A DNA stretch of 64,000 nucleotides from Bigelowiella natans CCMP2755 (Eukaryota > Protista > Cercozoa). The number at the start of each line of letters is the position of its first letter. The stretch's first letter is position 1. The notes under the pieces were generated by a model. The model had not been told where the DNA came from and made no database searches. It worked only from the letters and a program-made list of their open reading frames with translations. The DNA is taken from assembly GCA_000320545.1 (NCBI GenBank), contig ADNK01000495.1, positions 30,103 to 94,102 of the forward strand, in the 5' to 3' direction. This document shows, one piece after another, positions 1 to 13,424 of the stretch. The position numbers and the translations under genes were made by a program.

Positions 1-49
1 AAGCTCCGCCAATCTTATAATGATAATTTCTTACTTTCCTCTTCTTCAG

Positions 50-1441
50 TCCGGAAGTTTGTAACGCATTACAAAAGCCTCAACATCCCCTTGAATGTAA
101 GCAATTCCCTTTAAGACAACGACGCAAAGAATGAATCTTCGCTGGTCTTGCAGGTTTTGGTAGCAAATGCTGGTCTTTCACTTAACGCAAATAACAAAGA
201 TGTCGAAGCTCCTCGCACGAAGGATGGATTCGAGCTTACGGTACGTTTTGAATGAGTTACTTTCCTTCAACCAATGCCTTCAATATCATAAGGAATATTA
301 TCGGCAAAAATACATCGATGTTTTTCCTTATTATTTAAAAACTCGAACCGTGCGTTCTTACAAGGTGGGAACGAACTATCTTGGGCACTTTTTGTTAGTG
401 AATCTCCTTGTTGATGAGCTTGAGAAAGCAGGTCAGTTAGCATTCGGTCGAATGACGATATTCAGCAGCCTGTATTCTCGATTTACAACGTATAATGCAC
501 TAAGATGAATGTACACTGCTCTGTCACGCAAGACTCTTGTCTCCAAGCAGATGATGAGCTACTTTAACGTAATAATCACTACAGGCAAAGACTCGCGAAT
601 AGTGATCACCGGATCAGAGGTTGGAAGATCGAGGGGAAAACATCCCAAATATAAGTGTTGTCAGTTACTGTGTTTCTCCAAACTGACACGTATTGATATC
701 TAGCACGTACCCTCCTCCTCCTCCTCCTCCTCCTCCTCCTACTACTACTACTACTACTATTACTACCAACTCGTTTTCTTCTTCTCCTCTATCGTTGCCC
801 CTTCACTCGGTGCAGTTTGCATGGTAGAAGTAGTAGTAGTAGTAGTAATAGTAGTAGCAGCAGTAGTAGCAGTATATCTCTAGCCAGCAGAACGCATCAT
901 ATACAACAACCGTGCTCTTATGATATAAAAGGTTCATGATCCTGAGAGTCCTGGAGGGAGAGTAGGCTCCTTGGCGTCTCTCGGAGACTTAAGGTGAAGA
1001 TGGTGTTGGAGCTCCTCTCGCGATGTTGTTGTCTGCCCTGTTGTTACCATAACTAATCTACTCGCACAGTTCTCTACATACTGCACACTTTTCTCGCAAA
1101 ACCTTTATCTGCTATGCTTCTCCACGCAGCGGGCTGGAAAACAAAGGCGCGATGATCGATGGCGGTGATGATTATTATTCTCCCACTTTGTTACTCTCCG
1201 ATGCCGTCATATATGTGTATGCTCATCACCGTGATATAGGGTATGGCGCCCAATATGTAGATCGTCCGTTTGGAATAGTGACGTTTTGCTGATATTAATT
1301 GTGTCGCAATGTTCTCGTTGATTGTGCGTAATTTGTCAATGAATACCCTCGTTTGCAGGCAAGTTCGATCCTGATAAAGCCTACAAAGACTCTAAGCTAG
1401 CAGATCTTATGTAATCACCCGACTCATTATTACATATAAGC

Positions 1442-1479
<38 letters not shown>

Positions 1480-1908
1480 CTTTCTCTTTGAGCATGCAAC
1501 ACAGACAAATTCTACGTGTCATTCATTCATTCGTCACTTATCGAGACGAAGTAACAGCATTCGATGATCAATTACAGGTTTGCACTAGAGCTGCAGCGAC
1601 GTCTTAAGGCAAAAGGCTGCACAACGACTGTGAATTCATTTGGACCTGGTACATAGGGTTGGTTCGTGATAATATGTAGTTCAGAAGTAGTGTTGCCCCT
1701 TTATCGGCCTTAATGCCTTAAACTAAAATTCAGGGGTAGCAGATTTTTGAAGCAGCATATATATTAGCTTGTTTTGCGTCTTCTGCTAATGTTCAGATAC
1801 AGCCATGCTAACCCGAAATATAATTAAGTTCTCACTTGTTGCTTTTGTGACGATGTTGTGAAGGGATAAACTGTTCTGAACATATCGTCACTCATCTGCG
1901 ATATCGCA

Positions 1909-1967
<59 letters not shown>

Positions 1968-2399
1968 AATTCGTATCTCTGATATAAACCGCAGGTCTGA
2001 TCACGCGATCTGGGTTTTTCCGCAACCAGGATCAGGTCTTCAGTAAGCTGTTCGATTTTGCAGCCTCGGTACGGAGCGTGAGCTATGAGAGCCATGTGCC
2101 TCACGTTATTAATTTTACAATCCCATCGTGGCGAAATCTAAACGAATCTCTGCTTCTTCATACTTCTGGTTTTCACCGCTCAGGATATCTTTCGTGTAAC
2201 CGAAACCGTGGACTTTGGAGGCGCGTGCATTGTATACATGGCGTTGTCCCCCGATCTTGAAAGTGTAGGTGGAAAGTGGTATAACGCCGTCCAGGTATTT
2301 AATTTTACCTGCTACAATCGTCATAGTAGTAGGTAGTAGAAGCAATAGTAGAAATGGAGGGGATGGCGGTCTAAAAGTAGCACCGCCTAAGCTTCATAA

Positions 2400-2445
<46 letters not shown>

Positions 2446-2575
2446 TATACATATTCCTTCTTAGCCTGGAAAGCCTGTATTTGAGGAATTACTGCCGTCA
2501 AAGGAAGCTAGGGATGAAGGCAAGGCTGCAAGGCTGTTTGACATATCCTCGAATCTTGTTGGAACAATGACATAA
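50..2575 (+). CDS. Protochlorophyllide oxidoreductase (LPOR)-like short-chain dehydrogenase/reductase, 3' portion (11 exons in window; 5' end upstream)
   Basis: GT-AG exons stitch to VRKFVTHYKSLNIPLN|VLVANAGL...TKDGFELT|VGTNYLGHFLLVNLLVDELEKA|GKDSRIVITGSE|VHDPESPGGRVGSLASLGDL|GLENKGAMIDG|GKFDPDKAYKDSKLADLM|FALELQRRL...VNSFGPG|LITRSGFFRNQ...|DIFRVTETV...KWYNAVQ|PGKPVFEE...GTMT* (TAA 2573-2575). NAG, GTNxLGHF, LGDL, MIDG-x-KFD and YKDSK are LPOR-family SDR motifs. Confidence 0.85.
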
Positions 2576-2809
2576 AAGATGATGGTGCATCGAAAGTGAA
2601 CGACACACATAAGCTGTTGTAGCTCGACCCTTTTGCGTAGAAAGAGTATAGATGGAGCGTGTTTAGTCTAAGATTGTATTTTACAAGGTATCTCTCAACG
2701 CAAATATGCACGAATGCAACACTTGTGCTCAACTTTGTAACAAATTAAATATTCGCCACGAGACGCTGGTTTACAAATATAGTGAATAGATTTGCACATC
2801 ATCTTCCTC

Positions 2810-2855
<46 letters not shown>

Positions 2856-2879
2856 TTCTTTCTCTCACCCTGTTTATGT

Positions 2880-3300
2880 TTGTGTGCGCATGTCGTGGCG
2901 TAACATGACCTTTCTGCGCTATCTGAACGGTAGAGATGCCACTTGAATATACCATTTCTGCTCCTGAATCACTTCTATCTATCGTTAGCATAATGAAATT
3001 AGCATGCGCATACCGCACTTTATGCATTTTTACACATAAAGCTAGCTGCGAATGACGAACGTTTGTCCATATGTGTGTGCATAGCCGGTATATCGGTGCA
3101 ATGTAACAAATATATATACACACATCTTTATGTAACTGTGCGTGATACTCATACCCAACGCTTTGGTGGCCACAAACGTACGTACATACACATCGCCGCA
3201 TGTGCCACGTGCAGTGTCCTGCTGTACTATTCATGATTTCAGCGTACATACATGAAGTGCACACACATGAGGAAATAATCGTTGCGATGTGCTATGATGA
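2880..3300. other. Deamination-type decayed island between convergent LPOR-like and BiP 3' ends
   Basis: TpG/CpA-rich (gcatgc, gctagc, tgtgca, catg); only Cys/His/Met-rich spurious ORFs. Confidence 0.5.
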
Positions 3301-3334
3301 TGCCAAAACTATTGCTTCGGTGACTACTAAAGTA

Positions 3335-5450
<2,116 letters not shown>

Positions 5451-5749
5451 CGTGGAGGAGGTCGTAGATAGCAGCTACGAGCACTTTTGAGTTGAGTATC
5501 AAGGACGATTGTATGTCGATTGAAATATGTCTCCCTCTCAACACCATGCACCCGCTCCGCCGACGCCAGCATGAGATGAATTGCGTCAGCATCTGCATGC
5601 TGACTGGAACCTCGGGCGCAGAAGAAGCGAGAAGCGTTTCCGGGAATCTTCGGAGAAGAGCAGGCAGTCAGCGCAGTCAGCGCTTCGTTACATGTACGAG
5701 AAGTCGGTTAGTAGCGGGTACTAGCAGCATCATTACATGCACCACAATT

Positions 5750-7150
5750 TTTTGAATTTTTGAAACATCGCTCGCGCGTGCGTTTGAAGCGACAACGGAG
5801 TCTAGCACAAATCATCAGTGCAAAGTTTGCTAAGACCCTTTTCATTTTGACGTGAATATTTTCATCGATGAAACATGCATGTTTTTTTTGTCCAAAGTGA
5901 ACCGCCCACCGCACATGAAAATCCATGTTGCTGCATTCACATGTTGCACTAGCAGCTAGAGCAACATGGATTTTCATGATCACTTTGGACCAAAAAATTG
6001 TGGATGTTTCATGGATGAATTTGCACCACCGCGTGCGTGGCATGTGACATGCACACAACACACACATGTTGTGCACACCTGGACACCATGTCCACATGCA
6101 GTGGCACACATCATCAACTGCTGCGTGCGTGCTAGCGTGCACTCCATTGCCACGTCTAGCTAGATGGAAATGCAGTCCACCATCATCACGTTCGTGTCGT
6201 TCATTGTTCATTCCAGCATTGTTCATTGTCAATTCGCAACACGCATCAACAATCATCTGGCAATTGTCATCTGGTCACACGCACGTGATGTGTGTCAGTG
6301 CATGCCCTCATTGTCCGCAGCCACAGATCTAGAGATGCTTGTCCTGATCGACCTGGTGATGTGTGCGTTGCGTGATCGAATCATCTTCACGTTGCGTTCT
6401 CGCATGCGCATCATTGAATTGATCGACTCTTTGCCACTCTGGCACTGACCACTTTCTTGCACCGTGCTCGCCAAATGACTGGCATGGAAAACATGCTGGC
6501 ATGCGCCGCACCAGCCTAGCAGCTAGCCAGCAGCCAACGAAGCCCTCTGGCTTGCTAGCTAGCCCTAGAGCCCTGCTGCATGCATCGCATGCTTTGTTTG
6601 CATTGGCACAATGCACAAATGCAACTGCTCATCATGCCACAGCACATGCATGGCAACGTCGTCAGACGCTGTGTTCGATCGATCAATGCCTGTATGGTTC
6701 ACCGACCTGGAACCCAGCTAGCCGCCAGTTCGAAAGTGCCAGAGTGTGCCAGGAGTGCTCGCGATGATGCATCGAGAATCAACGTTCTAGCTCTGTCTGC
6801 TCAAATCAAAATTGTGCGTCCGTCTAGCCATAGCCAAGCGTGTGAAATCAGTCGATCATGCAGCGACGATCGAATGAAACCAATGAGCAGCTAGCTAAGA
6901 GCAGCGGGCACAAGCTACGTGCAGCTTGAACATGGCTGTCCAGACGGGTCAAGCTAGCAAGTCTGCGAATGCATGAGGAAGCGCATGTGCGCTACATTTG
7001 TCAAGTATGCAAGCACAAATGACAATTCTCACGATGTGCGCGCTCTGCATTCATTCATCAGAGCAAATAAAGGTCTTTGTGTGTACGTGTGTGTGTGCGC
7101 GCGCATGGAAATGTCGCAGCACACTTCACTACGAGAAATTCATGTAATCC
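5750..7150. mobile_element. Heavily decayed (C-to-T type) relic of a probable repeat or foreign insert, between the BiP promoter and the rpl10 3' end
   Basis: 1.4 kb rich in ctag/gctagc/tgca/catg, with a foldback near its left end. No recognisable protein; mobile origin is inferred. Confidence 0.4.
5861..6019. repeat. Imperfect inverted repeat (arms 5861-5932 and 5960-6019, 27-nt loop)
   Basis: Perfect 19-bp core catgaaaatccatgttgct / agcaacatggattttcatg. Outer arms ttcatcgatgaaacat...gtccaaagtga pair with tcactttggac...atgtttcatggatgaa. Confidence 0.85.
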
Positions 7151-7507
7151 GAAAAAGGGGATGATTTATATTCTGGAAATTTTAATAACACTAAGGTCTA
7201 GAAGCTATCATTTTACAACAACATGCTATTATCAGTAGGTTTATCCGACTGACTGACCCCCCTACGGGCATAACTTCTTCATCATTTACAAATCTGGAAC
7301 GTTCGTGTAATAATTGTTTCGACACATGTTTAAGGTGGGATAGATATCCTCTGAGGAAGGTCGTAAGTGAATCCATAGTGAGAATGAAAAAGATTTTCCT
7401 CCATCAACAATTATCCCCTTGATTCTGTCGCTCCTATTCCACAGTTGCGTTCATTTGTTCTGCAGGTTTGACTACTGCCACTACACCTGCTTTAGCCGAA
7501 CTTATGA

Positions 7508-8281
7508 TTATGCCTCAGTCTCAGCCTTTGGAAAGATATCTCCAACGACTAGATCCTTGTTGTCATCGCCGTCCGCCAATTTTGAGACACCGATGGCAAC
7601 CTTGGTTGGAACTTGTTTGACACTGCGAGCCAGTTTCGTTGGCAATGCCTTAATAGAGCCTGCAATCTGGGCAATAACTTCCGTTCGCGTTGGCAGATTC
7701 TTAAGTGCTTTGATAGCTTCAGTGTCAAGGAAAGTTCCGTCCATGCAGCCTCCCGAAAGACTGGGCACCTTAGTTTCTGGATCAGCCTTTGCAGCCTTTT
7801 TGCATTCTTCCTCAAACTCAAGGTATGCCTTCACACATGAGGCCACGTTTTCTCCTGCAAACCACCACGCATTGTCGCCTTTGCACGCAGCTTCAATAGC
7901 TTCATAACCCTCCACCTCAGACCCTGCCTGCTTCATCAAGGTGTTCATGGCCACCTGAATTTTGGCGTCCTCAGGAAGCTTTTTGCGAAGCCCCTCCATT
8001 TGCTTCACAGTGAACCCATTGAAGTTCATTCCGAATACCAAAGAACTTTTCTCGAGAGTTTGTTTTAAATCTGCTACGGTTTCTTCCTTCTTTTGACGAG
8101 TCAGGGCATTTGTGACCCAGGAATTCGAACGCAAAGCATTGTGTCTAGTGCCTGTAGTGAACGAAGCTGTGCGAGTGGTTGAGAGACTAGCACCAACTTG
8201 GCGAGGAGTGCCAACGATTGCATCATAACAACTCACTAAGACAAGTGCAGTAAATGCGCCAGCTATATACGACACCTTCAT
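7508..8281 (-). CDS. rpl10: Plastid 50S ribosomal protein L10 (uL10c), nucleus-encoded, bipartite presequence, intronless
   Basis: ALTRQKKEETV...GFTVKQMEGLRKKLP...VAMNTL...LKNLPTRTEVIAQIAGSIKALPTKLARSVKQVP is the uL10 pattern of plastid type. N-terminus is a hydrophobic signal followed by a Ser/Thr/Arg-rich transit-like stretch. Confidence 0.93.
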   Translation of the reverse strand: MKVSYIAGAFTALVLVSCYDAIVGTPRQVGASLSTTRTASFTTGTRHNALRSNSWVTNALTRQKKEETVADLKQTLEKSSLVFGMNFNGFTVKQMEGLRKKLPEDAKIQVAMNTLMKQAGSEVEGYEAIEAACKGDNAWWFAGENVASCVKAYLEFEEECKKAAKADPETKVPSLSGGCMDGTFLDTEAIKALKNLPTRTEVIAQIAGSIKALPTKLARSVKQVPTKVAIGVSKLADGDDNKDLVVGDIFPKAETEA

Positions 8282-8757
8282 TGTTGTGAAGGTTTGTGCT
8301 TGGGAGTGAGGGGGGTAGAGAGGAATGGATGTAAGGACCCCACGCAGAGAGCGGCAATATTATTGTACCGGGTATTGACTGGCACTAACAACAATCCCAG
8401 GCAAATAATTCTTCCTTTTTCTTCTGATGCTGCCATGTGGATTCAAATAATCTATAAATGTCCTGTATTTTCAAAATGAAGTCAGTATTACCGGGAATCG
8501 AAATCCGAGATCTAGCAGAGATTATACGAGGTGGGATTTCCCTTCTCGGCAGACCTATGCGTTCTAGATGAAAAAACCCGCCTGGATTTCTAACAGAAAA
8601 GATAAAAATATAACCTGATACTGCGACAATTAATTTAGATTGTCGTAGAATACTGGCACCATCTATTTGTAGTCATCATAAGATACAATTGCAACATCAG
8701 TCTGACATATCCGGCCGAGGAGCTTTGCATTCCCCGCACCCAAAATTGATTCTTTTT

Positions 8758-8810
8758 TGCAGCAACAGCAGCAACAGCAGCAACAGCATCAACAGTAGCA
8801 ACAGCAGCAA
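8758..8810 (+). repeat. (CAG/CAA)n trinucleotide repeat upstream of the cactin ATG
   Basis: gcagcaacagcagcaacagcagcaacagcatcaacagtagcaacagcagcaa seen directly. Confidence 0.8.
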
Positions 8811-8859
8811 GACGAGAGCAGCCGTGAGTTGGGACTGAGAGGAACAATAGAAAACGAAA

Positions 8860-10704
8860 ATGGGGAAAAAAGATAGGAAGAAAGAGAAAAAGAAGCGCAA
8901 AAAGGAAAAAATGAAGCGCGCCCTCGAGGCTCAGGAGGAAGAATTGCGTCGGCGGAAGCGCCATAAGCAGATGATGAAAGCGAAGGAGACACCAGAGGAG
9001 CGCAGGGCAAGAAGATTGCAAAAAAAGTTGAAAAAGGAACAGCAAAGAGAAGCAGAGAATAAACTTTTTGATTACAGTAACAACAATAATCCCTTTCGGG
9101 ACAAAAATTTGACGAAGATGTTCGTATGGAAGAAAAAATTTGAAAAAGAAATCAAAGATGGGAAAGATCCTTCAAAGTTAACACGAGAGAATATGCGTAG
9201 ACGTCAAAAGGAGCTTCAGGCTGAGATAGAGGAATTGAAAGAAGCACGAGCGAGAAGAGAGGAGGAGCAGCTTGAGATGGAGCAGATGCGCGAGGAGCAG
9301 GAACGTCTTTCTGCACTTGCAGATCTCGAAGATTTTGAGGAAAAAGAAGAAGAGTTTCATAGAAAACAAGCGAAAGTGCGATCAGAAATCAGAATTAAGG
9401 AGGGACGTGAAAAGGCGATTGATATTCTTTTCAAAAACCTTCAAATTTATTTAAGCGACGAAGAACTTGAAGCAGATATCAGTGTGGATCTTGACGTGGA
9501 GCTCTCAGAGCCTTATAGAATATTTGATGATCTCGAGCGTGGAGAACTCGAAGAGTTGCGTAAGGACATAAAAGAGCAAGTGGACCTTAAGGAAAATCCT
9601 GATTACTGGGAATCTCTCCTAAAGGTGTGTGATGATGAACTTGAGAACTTGGATGCACAGGATAATAGGCGGAGTAAATATGGAATCCACAAGTCTGTAC
9701 AAAAAGAAATATCGCAGATGCTTGACGAGAAGAGCCACTCGGAACTTATTAAGTTACGCAGCGAAATTCGAGACAAATTGGATGGCGGAGGAAATGTAGA
9801 TATTCCGTATTGGGAAGCCCTACTCAGTATGTTAAACGTTTTTGAAGCGAAGGCAACTTTGAATGACTTCCACCAAGCATTGCTCAATAAACGACTTGAT
9901 CAATTGAGGAAGCAGCAAATGGGTGCGGCTGTTGCCAAGGCAATTAGAAAGGAAATTGAAGAAGACGCCGAGGAAGATGAGGCTGAGGAAGAAAGCGTTG
10001 AGGAGGGAGACTTTTCACCCGAGCTTCTGAATGAGGCAGATCTTGAAGGGGAGGTTATTATAGATGAAGAAGAGGATATGAAACAGCTAGAAGCACAACG
10101 GAAGATTGTCCTTGAGCAGGTAGCAAGAGAGCATGCCCTGGATGCAGCAGAGAAAACATCGAGTGAAGTACGTGAGGTAGATGTCGGCCATCATCTAAGA
10201 GCCGCTGGTCTGGCACGATTCTCTTTGACGGAACAAGAGCTAATGGCCAAAGAAGAAGGTAAAGGAATGGGTGAGGACGAAGCAAAGTTTGCAGCCGAGG
10301 TTGATGTTCCAAATGAAACATATTGGTGGCATGATAAATATCGACCTCGCAAGCCAAGATACTTCAACCGTGTCCGTACAGGATATGAATGGAATAAGTA
10401 CAACCAGACGCACTACGACAAAGAAAATCCTCCTCCTAAAGTTGTCCAAGGGTACAAATTCAATATCTTTTTCCCCGATCTTATCGACCCATCGAAGGCG
10501 CCAACATACACACTCCACGAATTTGCTCCTGACCCGACTTTCTGCATCATCACTTTCAAAGCTGGCCCTCCTTATGAAGACATTGCCTTTAAGATCGTAA
10601 AAAGAAAATGGGAATTCGGACACAAAAGAGGTTTCAAAAGCAAATTTGAGCGTGGCGTTCTTTATCTATACTTCAACTTTCAGCGTGTCAGATATCGAAG
10701 GTAG
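8860..10704 (+). CDS. CACTIN: Cactin (spliceosome-associated protein), intronless
   Basis: ETPEERRARRLQKK, NPFRDKNLT..FVWKKK, QAKVRSEIRIKEGR, W.DKYRPRKPRYFNRVRTGYEWNKYNQTHYD..NPPPKVVQGYKFNIF, AGPPYEDIAFKIV and the C-terminal RYRR. Confidence 0.97.
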   Translation: MGKKDRKKEKKKRKKEKMKRALEAQEEELRRRKRHKQMMKAKETPEERRARRLQKKLKKEQQREAENKLFDYSNNNNPFRDKNLTKMFVWKKKFEKEIKDGKDPSKLTRENMRRRQKELQAEIEELKEARARREEEQLEMEQMREEQERLSALADLEDFEEKEEEFHRKQAKVRSEIRIKEGREKAIDILFKNLQIYLSDEELEADISVDLDVELSEPYRIFDDLERGELEELRKDIKEQVDLKENPDYWESLLKVCDDELENLDAQDNRRSKYGIHKSVQKEISQMLDEKSHSELIKLRSEIRDKLDGGGNVDIPYWEALLSMLNVFEAKATLNDFHQALLNKRLDQLRKQQMGAAVAKAIRKEIEEDAEEDEAEEESVEEGDFSPELLNEADLEGEVIIDEEEDMKQLEAQRKIVLEQVAREHALDAAEKTSSEVREVDVGHHLRAAGLARFSLTEQELMAKEEGKGMGEDEAKFAAEVDVPNETYWWHDKYRPRKPRYFNRVRTGYEWNKYNQTHYDKENPPPKVVQGYKFNIFFPDLIDPSKAPTYTLHEFAPDPTFCIITFKAGPPYEDIAFKIVKRKWEFGHKRGFKSKFERGVLYLYFNFQRVRYRR

Positions 10705-10899
10705 TGACGCTCCGGGTATCAGTCTCAAATGCATTCAGCAATTTCAACGATTTACATTTTGCACTAAACTGCGATCTATCTGTGTGCAAGTGATTTTCTT
10801 AGATGAAACCTTTGTGAAATAAATCGACTATTTTGACTGGCTACGATCAATTGCCAAAAAAATGGGCAGCTAATACTTCATGGACACCATATTTTTATT

Positions 10900-11160
10900 G
10901 CATGAGGAGCGCTCTGCGCACACATCGTGCAGCATATTGCGGAGCTTGTGTTACGCTGGATACTGCGCTAATTATTGCATGTACACTATAGACATAGACA
11001 GACACATGTGCATATAAACTACAATAGACACAGTCTATAGTAACTATGTATGCTGCTCACCGTCCAGATAGTAGCGCGCTACACCACCATCACATGTTAA
11101 AACTCGATTCACTATGCTGAAGCTCCACAAAATGAGTAGCGCCACTGCGAATTTGCATGC

Positions 11161-11206
<46 letters not shown>

Positions 11207-11930
11207 GTGTACACATCATGGATGCGCGCCATCTGTGGTGTTGGCAACATTGGAACTTTTTTGCTGTCCAGAGGACAACGCACAAAATTGGAAGCAATGT
11301 GCGACACATGCAACACATTGCAAGACATGGACCACATTCTGCAATGCAGAAAATACGGACCCACAGAGACTCAGAATCAACAAACAACTGACGGCCATCA
11401 TGGATCGCAACGATGAGACTATGCGTCTCACTACCGCGGAAAAAACAACTCGCAAAGCTGCGCGCAAAGCACGACATGCTAGACCAAATCATGATGCATT
11501 TTCATGCATGCAACATGTGACCAAGGAAACAAACAGACACATTTTAAGCGCTGTAGCCGCTGCATTGCATAGCTACATTAGGATGAACTACCATTGAAAA
11601 AATTTAAACATTTCATTACATCCGTCTCATGTACGTGTACACATGTCGCATGGCAAGTCAAAGCAGGATCGTCCAGCGGCGGGATAGTCTACATCTATCC
11701 GTTCGCTATGCACGTGAATCGTAATCGATATATCACTTACTAGCTTAGATCGAAACTAACTTACAGAGATGCGCATGCCGCATTATTTTGATTGAGTCCG
11801 TCGCAAATAAATGCCTCTAGACCAACGTACGAGATCACATTTTTTCTTTACTTGCGCAACTAGTGCATTAGTAAGAACAAAGTCATTCACATGTCTAGGT
11901 GTGCATGTAAGCGATTTATACTAGTTCGAA
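10900..11930. other. Decayed TpG/CpA/TAG-rich island between convergent cactin and mitochondrial S18
   Basis: Dense tgca/catg/ctag words plus (TA)n at about 11166-11205; no credible ORF. Confidence 0.55.
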
Positions 11931-12122
11931 TCGCGGTATTGTACACAACATGGATTTTCCTTCAGTTCCACTTCCCTGCCTTTCGACATAGAGACTTTAC
12001 ACTTTCCGTCCTTTTCTCTTGCTATAGAACTCACGCTCCTCCCTAAAAATATGAGATAAGAAATTAGTGGCGATTCAAAACTAGAAACTATGAGACAGTA
12101 ATATAGGTAAGCGGCTTCTGTA

Positions 12123-12812
12123 TTACATTTGAGTATCAGTCTCGAACCACTTCATCTTTTTCATGAACTCTATTGGAGGTGACCATTTCTCCAAGTAACT
12201 CATTATTCCTACGGTCCTTGCTCGTCGTATCAAGCGTGCAATCTTTCGCTGTGCTTTTGCACACGTTCCATTTACGCGTGAAGAATTTATCATCCCTCTT
12301 TCGTTCACAAATTTATTCAGAAGAACCAGGTTTGTGTATTCGACTTTCTTCACATGATCACACATTTTTACCTGGAAGTGATCGCACAACAAGCATGGAT
12401 TTTTCACGTTTACGTTTCCTTTCGGTCCACTGTTTTCCACATAGTACGGTACTGGTTCATCTCTCGTGAACGCTGATGCCAAATCTTCCAATTGGTTATA
12501 ATCTGGTGTTCCTTTCATCGTCACGTTATCGATCATATTTTTGAAGTCGTCAGGGTAGACCGGTTTTACTCTCTTCCAGCCTTCCTCCGACAGTCGAGAG
12601 ACCATCTCCTCTGTAAGCTGTGGAGGGTTGTTACGGTCGAGAAAGCTGAACTCTTCATCCTCACTTGCGTCAGGTTTTGTTTCCGTCGATAGAGGTGCCG
12701 TAAGAAACTTTCGTAACCTTGGATTGACGCCTTGTACAACGCTACAAATGGGATAATGGCCCCAGGTGGCTGCTTTAGCTCTTCGAGCAGCCAGGCGCCA
12801 TTGCGTGCGCAT
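12123..12812 (-). CDS. MRPS18: Mitochondrial ribosomal protein S18 (bS18m), Zn-binding type, intronless
   Basis: NPCLLC...VEYTNLVLLNKFVNERGMI.SSRVNGTCAKAQRKIARLIRRARTVGIM is the bS18 signature. Arg/Ala-rich presequence MRTQWRLAARRAKAA; first ATG at 12812 (the ORF track starts at GTG 12821). Confidence 0.88.
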   Translation of the reverse strand: MRTQWRLAARRAKAATWGHYPICSVVQGVNPRLRKFLTAPLSTETKPDASEDEEFSFLDRNNPPQLTEEMVSRLSEEGWKRVKPVYPDDFKNMIDNVTMKGTPDYNQLEDLASAFTRDEPVPYYVENSGPKGNVNVKNPCLLCDHFQVKMCDHVKKVEYTNLVLLNKFVNERGMINSSRVNGTCAKAQRKIARLIRRARTVGIMSYLEKWSPPIEFMKKMKWFETDTQM

Positions 12813-13424
12813 TACGTTCACAAGCCCGGTCCTTCTGTATGGTGTCTTAAGATGAAAACGATATGTATTTTATCCTTGGCGACATCATGCCAATTTTCCA
12901 TGGATGAATTACATAGATCTGTCGTAGGAAGTATTACCCATTAATTTCCTGTCTGCGACAACCTTGAGGTTTGCTGGGCTGGAGAGAAATAAATTCTGTT
13001 GAAAAATTATCAGAATGGACTTTGAATTTTTAACTTCAAATTCTTGAACATTGCACATCATAAATTTATTTTTTGGGCAGGAAAATTCGTAGAGTCGACA
13101 GATGTTTTGCTTTGCGACTTGCATTTTAACCCAGAATTTGGAGGAAACGTTTCTTCGAAAAATATCCCGGTTTTCCCGGAAACTCCCCGAACATTTCAAA
13201 TTTTTGAATGGGGGACGGCTGCACTGGAGAGCTTGTTGAACGTAGGGATGCCACTGGCAGCTAATAGGCGTGGGTTTCAGAGTGTGCTATGGGTGCTACT
13301 TCAGTTGCTCAGTGCAGTCATGGTCTGCGAGAACGAAAATTGAAATTGTTCTGACGGAAACAGGGTCATTATTATTAATATTATCATCTTTCCTTTCAGG
13401 GAACACAAAGTAGTTTGAAAGTAC

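Noticed and set aside
167-703. ORFs 167-508 and 509-703 as separate genes
   Set aside because: They are intron read-through around exons of the LPOR-like gene.
2695-3264. 189-aa minus ORF, and similar Cys/His/Met-rich ORFs in other islands (e.g. 5708-6256, 11157-11597, 32149-32469)
   Set aside because: They cross microsatellites, and their composition is explained by TG/CA-rich decayed DNA; no motifs.
11695-11745. Small GC hairpin followed by CTAG, suggesting a Helitron 3' end
   Set aside because: The stem is imperfect and CTAG is ubiquitous in these islands, so it is not diagnostic.
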